Assembly (NCBI GenBank): GCA_963839205.1
Contig: CAWITU010000005.1
Coordinates: 2,121 to 66,120 of the forward strand
DNA from: an uncultured bacterium
GTDB lineage: Bacteria > Patescibacteriota > Minisyncoccia > Phycocordibacterales > CAWITU01
Direction: 5' to 3'
Length of the DNA: 64,000 nt
The position numbers and the translations under genes are program-made. Positions 37,410 to 47,925 of the stretch are shown here, in pieces; position 1 is the first letter of the stretch; each line of letters opens with the position of its first letter. The notes under the pieces were generated by a model. The model was not told the origin of the DNA and ran no database searches. It was given only the letters and a program-made list of their open reading frames with translations.

Positions 37410-38433
37410 CTAAATAAAATTAGGTTCAGGTTGGAGTTTAATACCAAACTGTTTTTTAACCGTTTCAATTATTTCATCTTTCGCGCTTTGAAGTTCAGCG
37501 AAGGTAGCTTTGCCGTTATTAGTTAAGACCAAAGCATTTTTGTCGTAGACAGAGATGTTACCAAAACTCTTGCCTTTAAGGCCGGCTTTCTCTATCAGAA
37601 AGCCGGCGGAAATTTTGAGACCTTTTTCGGTTTCAAAAAGAGGGAAACCAAGTGAGGCGGCGCGAAGCGCCGCCTCACTTCCCTTTTCCAAAATCGGATT
37701 CTTAAAAAAGGACCCAACGTTTGGTGATTTAACAGGGTCAGGAAGTTTACTCAACCTAATACCAACAATCGCATCTCTAATTTGAAGCAATGTTGGATTT
37801 TCAATTTCTAGATCAATAAAATATTTCTTAACATCTGCATACTCAGGTATTTTCGGCAGATTTTTAGAAAGTTTTAAACTAACTGAAGTAATAATGTACT
37901 TCCCTTTTTCCTTTCCATTAAAAATACTTGAACGGTAAGCAAACTGACAATCAGCATTTGAAAGATTTTCAAATTTACCACTCTGTAAGTTAAAACATTC
38001 AACACTAACCAAAGTATTTTTAATTTCTGATCCATATGCGCCGATATTCTGGACAGGAGCTGCACCGACTGTTCCAGGAATTGCAGACAGTGCTTCTAAA
38101 CCAGAAAAGCCACGTGTAACGGATTGTAGAACTACATCATCCCAATTTTCTCCGGCTCCAACTTTTATAATTACTCCATCATTTTTATCTTCAATAATTT
38201 CAAATCCAAGAATATTTATTTTAAGCATCAAGCACATCGTGAAGTTGATCAGAAAAAATGGAGTTAGTTCCTTTTCCTAAAGGTAAAATTGAAACTTTTT
38301 TTTCTTTAGAAAATTCTAGGGCTTCAACAAGATCTGATGATTCATTAATTACTGCCAAAAAACGTGCAGGGCCTCCCATTTTGAACGAGACCAAAGGGGC
38401 AATTAAAGCATTTTCTTGAACGACAATTTTCAT
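37410..38433 (-). pseudogene. murB: UDP-N-acetylenolpyruvoylglucosamine reductase, split by one frameshift
   Basis: The N-terminal fragment (38221-38433) contains FKMGGPARFL..LPLGKGTNSIFSD. The C-terminal fragment (37410-38237) contains VGAGENWDDVV..IPGTVGAAPVQNIGAYG..GSFFKNP. The junction is near 38225-38260, which includes a t6 run. Confidence 0.88.
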
Positions 38434-38474
38434 GCGCTTGGAAGTATAGCATGTGAAGATTATAATAGACCCCT

Positions 38475-39779
38475 ATGTCTTTAAATTTCAAAATAGAGGG
38501 CGGTCATAAGCTTTCGGGCTCAATATCCACCAACACCTCAAAGAATGGCGCCTTGGGCCTTTTTTGCGCTTCTCTAATCAATAAAAGCCCTACAATTCTT
38601 CACGGAATCCCTAAAATCGAGGAGATCCACCGCATAACCGAAATCTTCCAAAGTATCGGCGTTAAGGTTGAGTGGATTGATAAATCTTCAGTCAGAATTA
38701 CTCCGCCAAAGAAATTTAAATTAGAAAATATTAAACCAGAGATTGCTGGGAAAGTTAGATCAATTCTTATGACTATCGGAGCCCTAATTCATCATGAGAA
38801 AAAGTTTAAAATTCCAAACGCTGGTGGTTGCAAAATGGGAGAACGCTCAATTGCTGCCCATCGTTTTGGACTTGAAAAGTTTGGAGTAAAAATAGTTACC
38901 AAAGAAAAATATTATGACATTTCAGCACCTAAGCTTCATGGAGCAGAAATAACAATGTACGAAGCTAGTGACACTGCTACCGAAAATCTTTTAATTGCAG
39001 CTTCCTTGATTCCAGAAAAAACTACAATCTACTTTGCTCCACCAAATTATCAAGTTCAGGAAGTTTGTTTTTTCCTTGAGAAACTTGGCGTCAAAATTGA
39101 TGGAATCGGAACGACAACTTTAGTAATACACGGACTTAAAAATATTGACACACCAGTTGAATATGAAAATAGTGAGGATCCAATTGAATCAATGATGTTT
39201 ATTTCAGCGGCAATTGTCACCAAATCAACTTTGCTCGTAAAACGTTGCCCAATTGATTTCTTAAGACTAGAACTTTTGAAATTGGAAAAAATGGGTTTGA
39301 AATATTCGGTTTCAAAATCATACGAAGCTAAAAATGGTCAAACTAAGTTAGTTGATATTTTAGTTAAGCCTTCAAATCTGAAAGCCCCATATGACAAAAT
39401 TCACGCTCAACCATATCCTGGTATTAATGCTGACAATCTTCCCTTCTTCGTCCCTATAGCTACTCAAGCAAATGGCACAACCATGATTCACGATTGGATG
39501 TGGGAAAATCGTGCAATTTATTTTACGGAATTAAATAGATTGGGAGCCAACATAACTTTGGCTGATCCTCATCGAGCTTTTATTCAAGGCCCGACAGAAC
39601 TCAAGGGCGCCGAGATTGTTTGCCCTCCAGCTTTAAGACCCGCAATGATTATTATGATTGCCATGCTTTCTGCTAAAGGTACTTCAATTTTAAGAAATGT
39701 TTATTCTATAAATCGCGGATATGAAGATATCGCCAAAAGACTCAATTCAATCGGAGCCAAAATCAAAGTCCTTGGATAA
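38475..39779 (+). CDS. murA: UDP-N-acetylglucosamine 1-carboxyvinyltransferase
   Basis: This 434-aa ORF is intact and contains KNGALGLFCASLI, the GGCKMGERSIAAH active-site Cys loop, and a C-terminal YSINRGYEDIAKRL. Confidence 0.93.
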   Translation: MSLNFKIEGGHKLSGSISTNTSKNGALGLFCASLINKSPTILHGIPKIEEIHRITEIFQSIGVKVEWIDKSSVRITPPKKFKLENIKPEIAGKVRSILMTIGALIHHEKKFKIPNAGGCKMGERSIAAHRFGLEKFGVKIVTKEKYYDISAPKLHGAEITMYEASDTATENLLIAASLIPEKTTIYFAPPNYQVQEVCFFLEKLGVKIDGIGTTTLVIHGLKNIDTPVEYENSEDPIESMMFISAAIVTKSTLLVKRCPIDFLRLELLKLEKMGLKYSVSKSYEAKNGQTKLVDILVKPSNLKAPYDKIHAQPYPGINADNLPFFVPIATQANGTTMIHDWMWENRAIYFTELNRLGANITLADPHRAFIQGPTELKGAEIVCPPALRPAMIIMIAMLSAKGTSILRNVYSINRGYEDIAKRLNSIGAKIKVLG

Positions 39780-40662
39780 AGCAATCGTTATCTTGGGCCC
39801 CACTGCATCTGGAAAAAGTGCGCTGGCTATTAGCTATTGCCAAGAAATTTAATGGAGAGATTATTTCTGCTGATTCCAGACAAGTTTATAGAGGATTAAA
39901 TATTGGAACGGGGAAAGTTACGAAGAAAGAGATGGGTGGCGTGCGACATCATCTATTAGATGTCGCACGCCCACAAACTAGATTTAACGCGGATACCTAC
40001 AAGACACTAGCTGAAAAAGTACTAAAAGAAATAAGACAAAGAAACAAGGTTCCAATCATTTGCGGAGGTACAGGTTTTTATATTAAATCATTAGTAGATC
40101 AGATTACTTTCCCAAATGTTGAGCCTAATTTGGAACTTAGAAAAAAATTAGAGAAGAAATCAGCTGTCGAGCTTTTTGGAATGCTCAAAAAGCTCGACGC
40201 AAAAAGATCCAAAACAATCGACAAGAATAATCCTATTCGATTAATTAGAGCAATTGAGATTGCTAAAGCGCTTGGCAAAAATCCTAAAATTGCGAAACAG
40301 CCAAACTCATTTAGGTTTTTACAAATTAGGTTTAAAAGTTGATTCTGAAAAATTAAAAGAACTTATTCAAAAGCGACTTACTGATAGATTTAAAATTGGA
40401 ATGCTTCAAGGAAGCTACTCGACTTCATAAAAATGGTTTGTCTTGGAAGCGAATGGAGGAACTAGGACTTGAATACAGATACATGGCGTTGTTTCTACAA
40501 AACAAAATTATCAAAGAAGAGATGCTCTCAAAACTAAATATTGAAATTTGGCATTATGCTAAGCGCCAAATGACTTGGTTTAACAAAGACCAGAGAATCG
40601 TCTGGTTTTCACCAAAAGACAAAACGAAAATTATTTCTACTATTTCATCTTTTATAAAATAA
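39721..40662 (+). pseudogene. miaA: tRNA dimethylallyltransferase with three frameshifts
   Basis: Pieces occur in successive frames: ILGPTASGKSALAI (from ATG 39721, overlapping the murA end), IAKKFNGEIISADSRQVYRGLNIGTGK, IGLKVDSEKLKELIQKRL and ATRLHKNGLSWKRMEELGLEYRY..YAKRQMTWF. Confidence 0.88.
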
Positions 40663-40691
40663 AATAGCGCTCTCAAGTAAATTGAGAGCGC
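40655..40691 (-). terminator. Hairpin terminator between the convergent miaA and lipoprotein genes
   Basis: The hairpin gcgctctcaa-gtaaa-ttgagagcgc spans 40667-40691, with a U-rich tail on the minus strand. Confidence 0.7.
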
Positions 40692-40717
40692 GTAACAGAT
40701 TCTAGCAAATCGAAGGA

Positions 40718-41221
40718 TTATTTCTTTTTGTCCTTCCTATTGTTATTTCCATTATTTCCACCACCGTTGTTGTGGTTCGAGGATCTTTGATTATTCCCCC
40801 TAACCGCGGCGGCGTGATAATTTTGACCGGAGGAAGCATGATAACTCTGACGGCCAGAACCTTGGTGGTAATATTGTCGCCCGGCATTGGCCATGCGGTA
40901 CTGATGGAAATTCGCATGATACCGATTGTAATCACCACGATAGATCCGCTCGTGAACCCATGTGCCACCGTCCCAAACGTTCACAATGCAGGTTGGACCT
41001 TCGTCAAGGACGAGGAAACCATCATCTGCCGCGACGAGATACGAATCATCAGTTACGACATTCGCATACGGATCGTAGTAGGTATAGGTTGGATACCCAG
41101 TTAAACCAGCCCCGAGTCCCTCTGCCAATCCCGAGACGAATGCATTGGCCATTCCAGCACAGCCTGTAAGCGACGCCACGACAGCGACCATTACCAAACT
41201 AACTAATATATTTTTTATCAT
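40718..41221 (-). CDS. Lipoprotein with an N/G/H/Q-rich basic tail (GC-rich cassette)
   Basis: The signal peptide and lipobox are MIKNILVSLVMVAVVASLTGC. The tail reads NNQRSSNHNNGGGNNGNNNRKDKKK. Antisense ORFs at 40702-41169 are artefacts. Confidence 0.65.
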   Translation of the reverse strand: MIKNILVSLVMVAVVASLTGCAGMANAFVSGLAEGLGAGLTGYPTYTYYDPYANVVTDDSYLVAADDGFLVLDEGPTCIVNVWDGGTWVHERIYRGDYNRYHANFHQYRMANAGRQYYHQGSGRQSYHASSGQNYHAAAVRGNNQRSSNHNNGGGNNGNNNRKDKKK

Positions 41222-41353
41222 TTAGGCCTCCTTTGGCCAGTTTTGTTTTGTTCTTGTTCTAGTCATTTGAGAAATTACTTCCTCAACCTCATTTTTTATA
41301 CTACAACATATTTCAAATATTACAATAGTCGGGTATGTACATTAATTTTTAAT

Positions 41354-41388
41354 AAAAAAAGCAGCGCTACCTTGGGTTGGTAGCGCTG
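41354..41388 (-). terminator. Intrinsic terminator
   Basis: The hairpin cagcgctacc-ttgggtt-ggtagcgctg spans 41362-41388, with U7 on the minus strand. Confidence 0.75.
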
Positions 41389-41414
41389 TTTGAAACCATT
41401 ACGATGCGAATCGC

Positions 41415-41838
41415 CTAGGCGACTTCTCCACTTGCTGGCTTGTGCCGAATTGAGGAGGTCAGTCCGAGGTCTTTGCTTACCTTGTCATGAAGCACCTGGT
41501 AACGCTCCAAAAGCTCTTGATTTTCTGCAATAGCCTCGCGAGGCCTTGTTGATCAGAATTGGCTCAACAAAGTCCGTATTCTGAAGATAATCGATTTTAG
41601 CTTTAAGCGTTTCGATCTCCGCAGTGACAGCCCGTAGTAATCCTTTCAAATCGCGACTCCGTTTCGACTTTGGGAAAAGTCCGTCCCAACAGCAGTAGAT
41701 GTAGAACGGTACATTGAGGAGCATAAATCCAATTGAGAGGTACTTTGACCACGGGTACGTCAGTGTGTACTTACAAACGAGACTTGCAACCAGAATCAGC
41801 ACCAAGCCCAAACAGATTTTCAGAAATGACATCTTCAT
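41415..41838 (-). pseudogene. Hypothetical membrane and coiled-coil protein, probably split by one frameshift
   Basis: The track ORF (41485-41838) has 2 TM helices and AEIETLKAKIDYLQ. A stop-free continuation in another frame, REAIAENQELLERYQVLHDKVSKDLG, runs to the stop at 41415. Confidence 0.45.
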
Positions 41839-41960
41839 GAAGCCACCTTTCCTTTAAATGTTGTCCGAATATCGTCGGAGTGCGAAGTCAAAACCTCGAG
41901 TGACAAGGAACAAAGACCGACATATTGATAACACAAAACCGATGCTAAGTCAATATTTCG

Positions 41961-42478
41961 TTATGCCTCAATACCAGAACTTTTTTGTTTAGAAATATCA
42001 AATCGGACAACTTCGTATTCTCGCCAAATAAACCACATTACTATTAGATCAAAAAAGTAAGCAAAATTAAAAGCCAGGAAAACGTCGTGATAATTTGATA
42101 AATCTGGTAAATCATAAATCCTCCGAGAACAATTAAAGAGGCTGGGTATGCCCACAGTTGTTTTTTAAACAGGGCGACTATGAGAGCAAATTTAATGAAT
42201 CCCCTACTAAAAAGATAGATAGCAATAAAGGTTCCGCTGGAAAAAGACAATTGAGTAGCCAAATGTACTAGATTAGTCGCAATAAAGTCCCCAGGCTCTT
42301 CAATCAATTCTGCTTGTGCCCATGGAATAAATATATTTGTTATGACAGTGATTGGAATAAATAAAGCTAAAACTCCTGCCACCATTTCTGCAAAAGAAAT
42401 TATTCCTTTAATAATAATGCTTATATAAAAATACTCTGTAATTCTTTTCTCTTGTTTTGGTGTAAATGTTATTTCCAT
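41961..42478 (-). pseudogene. DUF2127-like membrane protein, split by one frameshift
   Basis: The ORF at 42044-42478 ends in LLILLTFLI*. The next frame continues with FDLIVMWFIWREYEVV. Adding one base to the A6/T6 run at 42051-42056 restores LTFFDLIV. Confidence 0.6.
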
Positions 42479-42482
42479 AGGA

Positions 42483-42773
42483 TTAATAGACGATTATAAA
42501 ATCATTAAATTTCTGAGTGGGTTCTCTCCATTCTACTCGGACAGAGTCCACTCGAGAAAGTATTGAAGCCTTTCTTAATAACGTTAAATATTTTTCTAAA
42601 GTTTCTTTTTCACCTTGGACAATTATCTCAACAGTTTTGTCTTTAAGATTTTGGACTGTTCCAGTGATTTTAAGACTCCTCGCCTTCCGCTCAGCAAAAT
42701 CACGAAACATAACCATTTGCACTCGCCCACTCACAATTACATGTACTTCCATCATTGATTTATTGTACATCAA
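42483..42773 (-). CDS. acyP: Acylphosphatase
   Basis: The pattern VHVIVSGRVQMVMFRDFAERKARSLKITGTVQNLKDKTVEIIVQG supports the call. Confidence 0.85.
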   Translation of the reverse strand: MMYNKSMMEVHVIVSGRVQMVMFRDFAERKARSLKITGTVQNLKDKTVEIIVQGEKETLEKYLTLLRKASILSRVDSVRVEWREPTQKFNDFIIVY

Positions 42774-42789
42774 AATTTGTTAACTATAT

Positions 42790-42822
42790 AAAACAAAAGG
42801 CCGGGGACTTCGTCCCCGGCCT
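42790..42822 (-). terminator. Intrinsic terminator ending the rpmG/tRNA-Trp transcript
   Basis: The hairpin aggccgggga-cttcg-tccccggcct spans 42798-42822, with a UUUUGUUUU tail on the minus strand. Confidence 0.75.
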
Positions 42823-43043
42823 GAGCAATTCACTACACAGTGCTTTCACCTCCCTCAGAGGAAAAGATAAAAACGCTAAGTTCACCGGTTCAACACCCTA
42901 GTAATGAATCCTGTCATCTTTGTACTTCGGCGCTCAATCTAAAGATATTAAAAAATAGAATTAGAGTCAATTACTATCTAGGCTTTCTCGCGGATCATTG
43001 CGGGCATTGCCTCGACGAAGCTCACCTATTCGGTGAGCGAAGG

Positions 43044-43115
43044 CGGGCCCGCCGCGACTCGAACGCGGAACCTCGATTTTGGAGATCGATGTTTTACCAT
43101 TGAAACTACAGGCCC
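43044..43115 (-). tRNA. tRNA-Trp (anticodon CCA)
   Basis: The acceptor is gggccug/cgggccc, the anticodon arm reads aucga-ucuCCAaaa-ucgag by hand folding, and the T loop is guucgaguc. Confidence 0.85.
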
Positions 43116-43138
43116 AGTGGAGCCATTATAGCAGAAAA

Positions 43139-43297
43139 CTATTTTTTGACTTCCTTGTGTTCCGTCTTAGCACGGCACCACTTGCACCACTTTTTAAGTT
43201 CGATTTTTCTTTCGACTTTCTTGCGGTTTTTACGGCTCCAATAGTTAATTCTTTTGCACTTTTTGCAAGCCAATTTTATGAGATTATCCTGTGACAT
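43139..43297 (-). CDS. rpmG: 50S ribosomal protein L33
   Basis: My own translation is MSQDNLIKLACKKCKRINYWSRKNRKKVERKIELKKWCKWCRAKTEHKEVKK, 52 aa with a CxxC..CxxC pattern. It is below the track cutoff. Confidence 0.88.
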   Translation of the reverse strand: MSQDNLIKLACKKCKRINYWSRKNRKKVERKIELKKWCKWCRAKTEHKEVKK

Positions 43298-43410
43298 GTT
43301 GATATTTCTGAATAATGTATAGGGTCACAGCATACCAAAGGACCTTAGAAAAAGCAATTGAAAGGCCCGGGAAGCTTCGCTTCCCGGGCCTTGGAGACCA
43401 AAATTAAATT

Positions 43411-43584
43411 TTACCAGAAAGGCACAATGTTGAGTCTTGGCGGCAGAATCTGTCGCATGTCAGGCTTGAGCGTCGCTCGAATATGATTGGCCATAAGAAG
43501 AAGACCGCTCGGTGACTTGGTGGTACAAAATGGTGAAGTTCTACAAAACTCCGTTACTGCCCCTCGACTGTTTTTTGCTGCCAT
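43411..43584 (-). CDS. Possible 57-aa hypothetical protein (GC-rich patch)
   Basis: My own translation is MAAKNSRGAVTEFCRTSPFCTTKSPSGLLLMANHIRATLKPDMRQILPPRLNIVPFW. It is followed by the 12-bp hairpin ggcccgggaagc/gcttcccgggcc (43364-43390). Confidence 0.3.
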   Translation of the reverse strand: MAAKNSRGAVTEFCRTSPFCTTKSPSGLLLMANHIRATLKPDMRQILPPRLNIVPFW

Positions 43585-43736
43585 AATTTTATCCTAAATT
43601 TGGTTTTGTTTTTGGTTGTTGTTGCTAAAGATCAAACAGACTCTTTCTATATAAATCTATCACTATGGAATTTATTTAAAACATGTGGCAGTGGATAATT
43701 GTAAAAGCCTCCCCTCTTTGGTACTATTCCGTAATC

Positions 43737-43820
43737 GCGTAGGTGGCGGAGCGGTCAATCGCAGCAGACTGTAAATCTGTCGCCCTATGGGCTACGGGGG
43801 TTCGAATCCCTCCCTACGCA
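43737..43820 (+). tRNA. tRNA-Tyr (anticodon GUA), long variable arm
   Basis: The acceptor is gcguagg/ccuacgc, the D stem has 3 bp, the anticodon loop is cuGUAaa, the variable stem is gccc/gggc, and the T arm is ggggg-uucgaau-cccuc. Confidence 0.88.
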
Positions 43821-43826
43821 TCGACA

Positions 43827-43861
43827 AAAATAAAATGGCACTTAATGTGCCATTTTATTTT
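43827..43861 (+). terminator. AT-rich hairpin terminator after tRNA-Tyr
   Basis: The hairpin aaaataaaatggcac-ttaat-gtgccattttatttt has a T-run contained in its 3' arm. Confidence 0.6.
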
Positions 43862-43871
43862 GGCGACTGAC

Positions 43872-43985
43872 GAAGAAGGGATTCGAAAGCCGGAGCCTGT
43901 TTTTTAGTAGAAAAAACAGGCGAGGCGGGGTCGCACAAATTTCCGAGCGACGGCGAGGAAATTATGTGTGACCGAATCCCTCTTT
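43872..43985. other. Compact multi-helix structured element of unknown function
   Basis: - The closing stem is agggattcg (43877-85) paired with cgaatccct (43973-81).
- The first internal hairpin is cctgtttttt/aaaaaacagg (43896-43920).
- The second internal hairpin has 15 bp: gtcgcacaaatttcc / ggaaattatgtgtgac (43930-43972).
- One G-U pair favours the plus strand. Confidence 0.35.
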
Positions 43986-46677
43986 CTATCTCAACATCTG
44001 CTCAGGCGTCCTAATATGTTTTATAGGAGACTTCTTTTCTTTGCGAACATCAAAGACACATTCACCATTTTTAATATCAACCATAACTGACCCTCCAGAA
44101 ATGACACCATGGGCAATCATCATCGAAGCCACCGGAGTTAGAATCTTAGTCTGAATGAGGCGTCTGAGTGGTCTTGCACCGTATTGAGGATTGTAGCCCT
44201 CTTTGGATAGGTAAGAGAGAAGTTCTGGAGAAACTTCCAGCGAAATTTCTTTGAGTGCTAATCGCTTCTTAATTAATTCAATTTGTAGATTAACGATTTG
44301 TCTTATGCTGTCTTCACTCAAAATATCGAAGACAATTATTTCGTCTAGTCGGTTGAGAAATTCTGGACGGAAATTTTCTTTAAGAGAGGTCAGGACATTT
44401 TCTTTGGCGTTACTATAATCATCCTTCTTATTATCTGAGGTGTGGAAGCCAATTCTCTCCATCTTATCGATATATTGTGCACCAACATTTGAGGTCATGA
44501 TAATAATGGTGTTCTTGAAGTTAACTACTCTACCCTTTGAATCTGTAAGTCTTCCATTATCAAGAACCTGAAGAAGAATGTTAAATACTTCAGGATGAGC
44601 CTTTTCAATTTCATCAAATAGAATTACTGAATATGGGCGATGTCGAACAGTGTCAACGAGATTTCCACCTTCATCAAAACCAACATATCCTGGAGGAGCT
44701 CCGATAATTTTTGACACAGCATGTCTTTCCATGAATTCGGACATATCAACTCTTATCAGCGCTTTCTCGTCATCAAACATAAATTCAGCAAGAGCTCGAG
44801 TCAGTTCAGTTTTACCGACGCCTGTTGGGCCTAGGAACATAAATGAACCAATTGGCCTGTCAGGGTCAGAAACACCAGCACGTGAACGTTTAACTGCATC
44901 AGCGACCTTCTGTAGAGCTGCCTCCTGACCAATAACTCTCTTTCTGAGCTCTTCTTCTATACGTGCAATCTTGCTTATTTCTTCTTCCAACATTCTAGAA
45001 ACTGGAACACCAGTCCATTTTGCAACAACTTCAGCAATATCATTCTCTGTAATTTCTTCCTTTAGAATTCGACGAGAGCTTTGAAGTTTCTTAAGCTTTT
45101 TATTTTTAGTTTCTAAATCTTTTTCTAATCCAGGAATTCTGCCGTAACGAATTTCCGCAGCCTTTGAAAGATCTGCACGGTTCTCGGCTGACTCAGCTTC
45201 AAGACGTGACGATTCCAAATTCTTTTTTATTTCCTTAATACTTGTAAGTATCCCCTTCTCATTTTTCCATTTAAGTTCAATCTCGGATGTTTTTTCTTTG
45301 AGGTCTGCAATTTCTTTTTCAATTTCTTTAATACGTCCCTTAGTAGTTTTTGAGTCCTTGGTACTTTCTGGTTCGTTCTTTAGAGCTTCCTTCTCAATCT
45401 CAAGTCTCATAATCTTTCTATGAGCATCTTCAAGAACTGGAGGCTTATTCTCAAGTGAAATTTTAAGAAACGATGCCGACTCATCCATTAGGTCAACTGC
45501 TTTATCTGGCAAAAATCTATCAGTGATATATCTAGTAGAAAGATTAACTGCTGCCACAATTGCGTCATCAGTAATACGAACACCGTGATAGAGCTCATAT
45601 TTTTCCTTAAGCCCTCGAAGAATTGCGACAGCATCTTCGATTGAGGGTTCATTAACAAATACTGGCTGGAATCTTCGCGTAAGAGCTGGGTCCTTTTCAA
45701 TATGTTTTTGATATTCACGAAGTGTAGTAGCTCCAATAGCTCGAAGATCTCCACGAGAAAGTGCAGGCTTTAACATGTTTGAAGCATCAAGAGAACCTTC
45801 AGCGGCGCCAGCCCCAACAATTGTATGAATTTCATCAATGAAGAGAATCACTTTGCCATCAGACTTTTCAATTTCTTTCAAAATATTTTTTAAGTCGCTC
45901 TTCAAATTCTCCACGGTATTTTGTTCCAGCTACAAGAGAACCCAAATCAAGAGAAACTAGTTCCTTATCTTTAAGCGACTCAGGAACATCACCAATAGAC
46001 ATTCTATTGGCCAATCCTTCAATAATTGCAGTTTTACCAACACCAGCTTCCCCAATCAAAATTGGATTATTTTTGGTTCGGCGAGAAAGTATTTGAATTA
46101 TTCGACTAATTTCCATATCACGACCAATGACTGGATCTAGTTTATTATCGCGGGCTAATTGAGTTAGATTTCTAGTAAATTTATTAAGCGCTTTAAATTT
46201 TTTTGGAACAGCACTTTCTGATGTCTTACTACTTTTTAATTCTTCAAGAACTCTAATGACATCCGTTCTATTTATTTTAAAACGAGTGAGCACGTCTCTT
46301 GCTGGACTCGCAATATCAATACAAGCAATAAAAAGATGTTCGGTTGAAACAAATTCATCTTTCATACCAATTGCAATCTTGGCGGAGTTTTCAATTATCG
46401 AAGCAAGTTCTGGTGTTAAATAAAGTTGGTACGAAGGAGCAACAGTTGAAGAAGCTCCTGGAGCTTCAATTTCTTCAAGGAGAGAATCTGTTAAGAGAAT
46501 TGTATCTACATCTAATTTTTCTAATATTGAAAGTACAATACTTTCTTCCTGTGACATGAGTGCAGTTAGAAGATGGAGTGGGTTTACGTGATTTTGACCA
46601 CGCTCAATAGCATATTCGTGGGCCTTTCTAATGACTTCTTTTGCTTTTGTTGTGAAATGTCCAAATGGAGGTGGCAT
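43986..46677 (-). pseudogene. clpB: ClpB-type AAA+ chaperone, split by one frameshift
   Basis: The N-terminal fragment (45868-46677) contains Clp_N repeats and [11 protein letters not shown]. The C-terminal fragment (43986-45914) contains [19 protein letters not shown] and GARPLRR. Removing one base from the T6 run at 45886-45891 gives [17 protein letters not shown] in one frame. Confidence 0.92.
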
Positions 46678-46682
46678 AATTT

Positions 46683-47867
46683 TTATTTAGTTAAACTGCT
46701 ACTTAACTTAATGTTAGCAGATTTTAAAAGTGAAGCCAGTGTTTTAATCATTTTGTCGACATCACTTTTCTTAGTAAAACGGCCGAGCGTTATTCTTAGC
46801 GAACTTTTAGCACAATCTTCTTTTCCGAGCGCTCCTATAACATAAGACGACGAGTCCAGAGAAAGGTTGCGACAAGAAGTTACAGACGAAACCGAAATAC
46901 CCTTCGCGTCAAGCTGAAAGACTAGAAATTCTCCATCGAAGCCAGGAAAGCAGATATTAATGTTGTTTCCGAGGCGCGCCTGAGGGTCGCCGTTTAGCGA
47001 GAAATTGGGAGACAGGCTGAGAATTTTTGCGATTGAAAAATCCCGGAGCTTAGTCAGGCGCGCCGACTCCTTTTCTTTAGTTTTCTGGGCAATCTTCAGA
47101 CTTTCTGCGAAACCAACAATACCTGCGACATTTTCAGTCCCTGGTCTAATCCCGCGCTCCTGCGAACCACCATACATAATTGGGCTTAACCGTACTCTTC
47201 TCTTTATATAGAGTGCCCCAACGCCTTTAGGGCCATACATTTTAGAGGCATCTAAAGTCATAAGGTCTACACCAAGTGTATTAACTGTCAGATTTAAATA
47301 ATTAGGCGCCTGACATGCATCTATATGGAAAACAATATTTTTTGAACATCCTCTAATCATTTTAGCTATTTCACGAACTGGTTGAATAACTCCAATTTCA
47401 TTATTGGCATAAGCAATTGAAACTAAAGTTGTATTTTCTTTAATTATTTTTTTAAATTCTAAAAGATCAACAATTCCGTTTTCTAATACTGGAACATAGG
47501 ATACTTCCCCACCAAGTTTTTTTATTTTCTCAAAACATTCAAGTACTGATGGGTGCTCAATGGAAGTTGTGACAAAGTGTGGGTGCTTATTATTTTTTTT
47601 AGCCTCTTCAAATATTCCAAATATTGCAAGGTTATTCGCTTCTGTGCCACCAGAAGTAAAATAGATCTCATCTGAATGAGCTTCAAGAATTGTGGCAACT
47701 TCTTTTCTAGCTGTTTCAACCCTATTCTTTATTGCCACCCCCTCTCCATATAATGACGAGGGATTAGCAAAATCATCTTTAAAGTATGGGAGCATTGCTT
47801 TCAAAACCCGCGCATCAATCGGGGTCGTAGAAGCATAATCAAAATATAAACGGCTGTTTCGTTTCAT
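46683..47867 (-). CDS. Cysteine desulfurase (NifS/IscS family)
   Basis: The motifs [25 protein letters not shown] and the PLP-Lys motif [15 protein letters not shown] are present. Confidence 0.85.
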   Translation of the reverse strand: MKRNSRLYFDYASTTPIDARVLKAMLPYFKDDFANPSSLYGEGVAIKNRVETARKEVATILEAHSDEIYFTSGGTEANNLAIFGIFEEAKKNNKHPHFVTTSIEHPSVLECFEKIKKLGGEVSYVPVLENGIVDLLEFKKIIKENTTLVSIAYANNEIGVIQPVREIAKMIRGCSKNIVFHIDACQAPNYLNLTVNTLGVDLMTLDASKMYGPKGVGALYIKRRVRLSPIMYGGSQERGIRPGTENVAGIVGFAESLKIAQKTKEKESARLTKLRDFSIAKILSLSPNFSLNGDPQARLGNNINICFPGFDGEFLVFQLDAKGISVSSVTSCRNLSLDSSSYVIGALGKEDCAKSSLRITLGRFTKKSDVDKMIKTLASLLKSANIKLSSSLTK

Positions 47868-47925
47868 GCCCGTATCCTATTAAATATTTTTGCAAAACAC
47901 CAGCTTAGAGGTTATAGTGTCTCTT

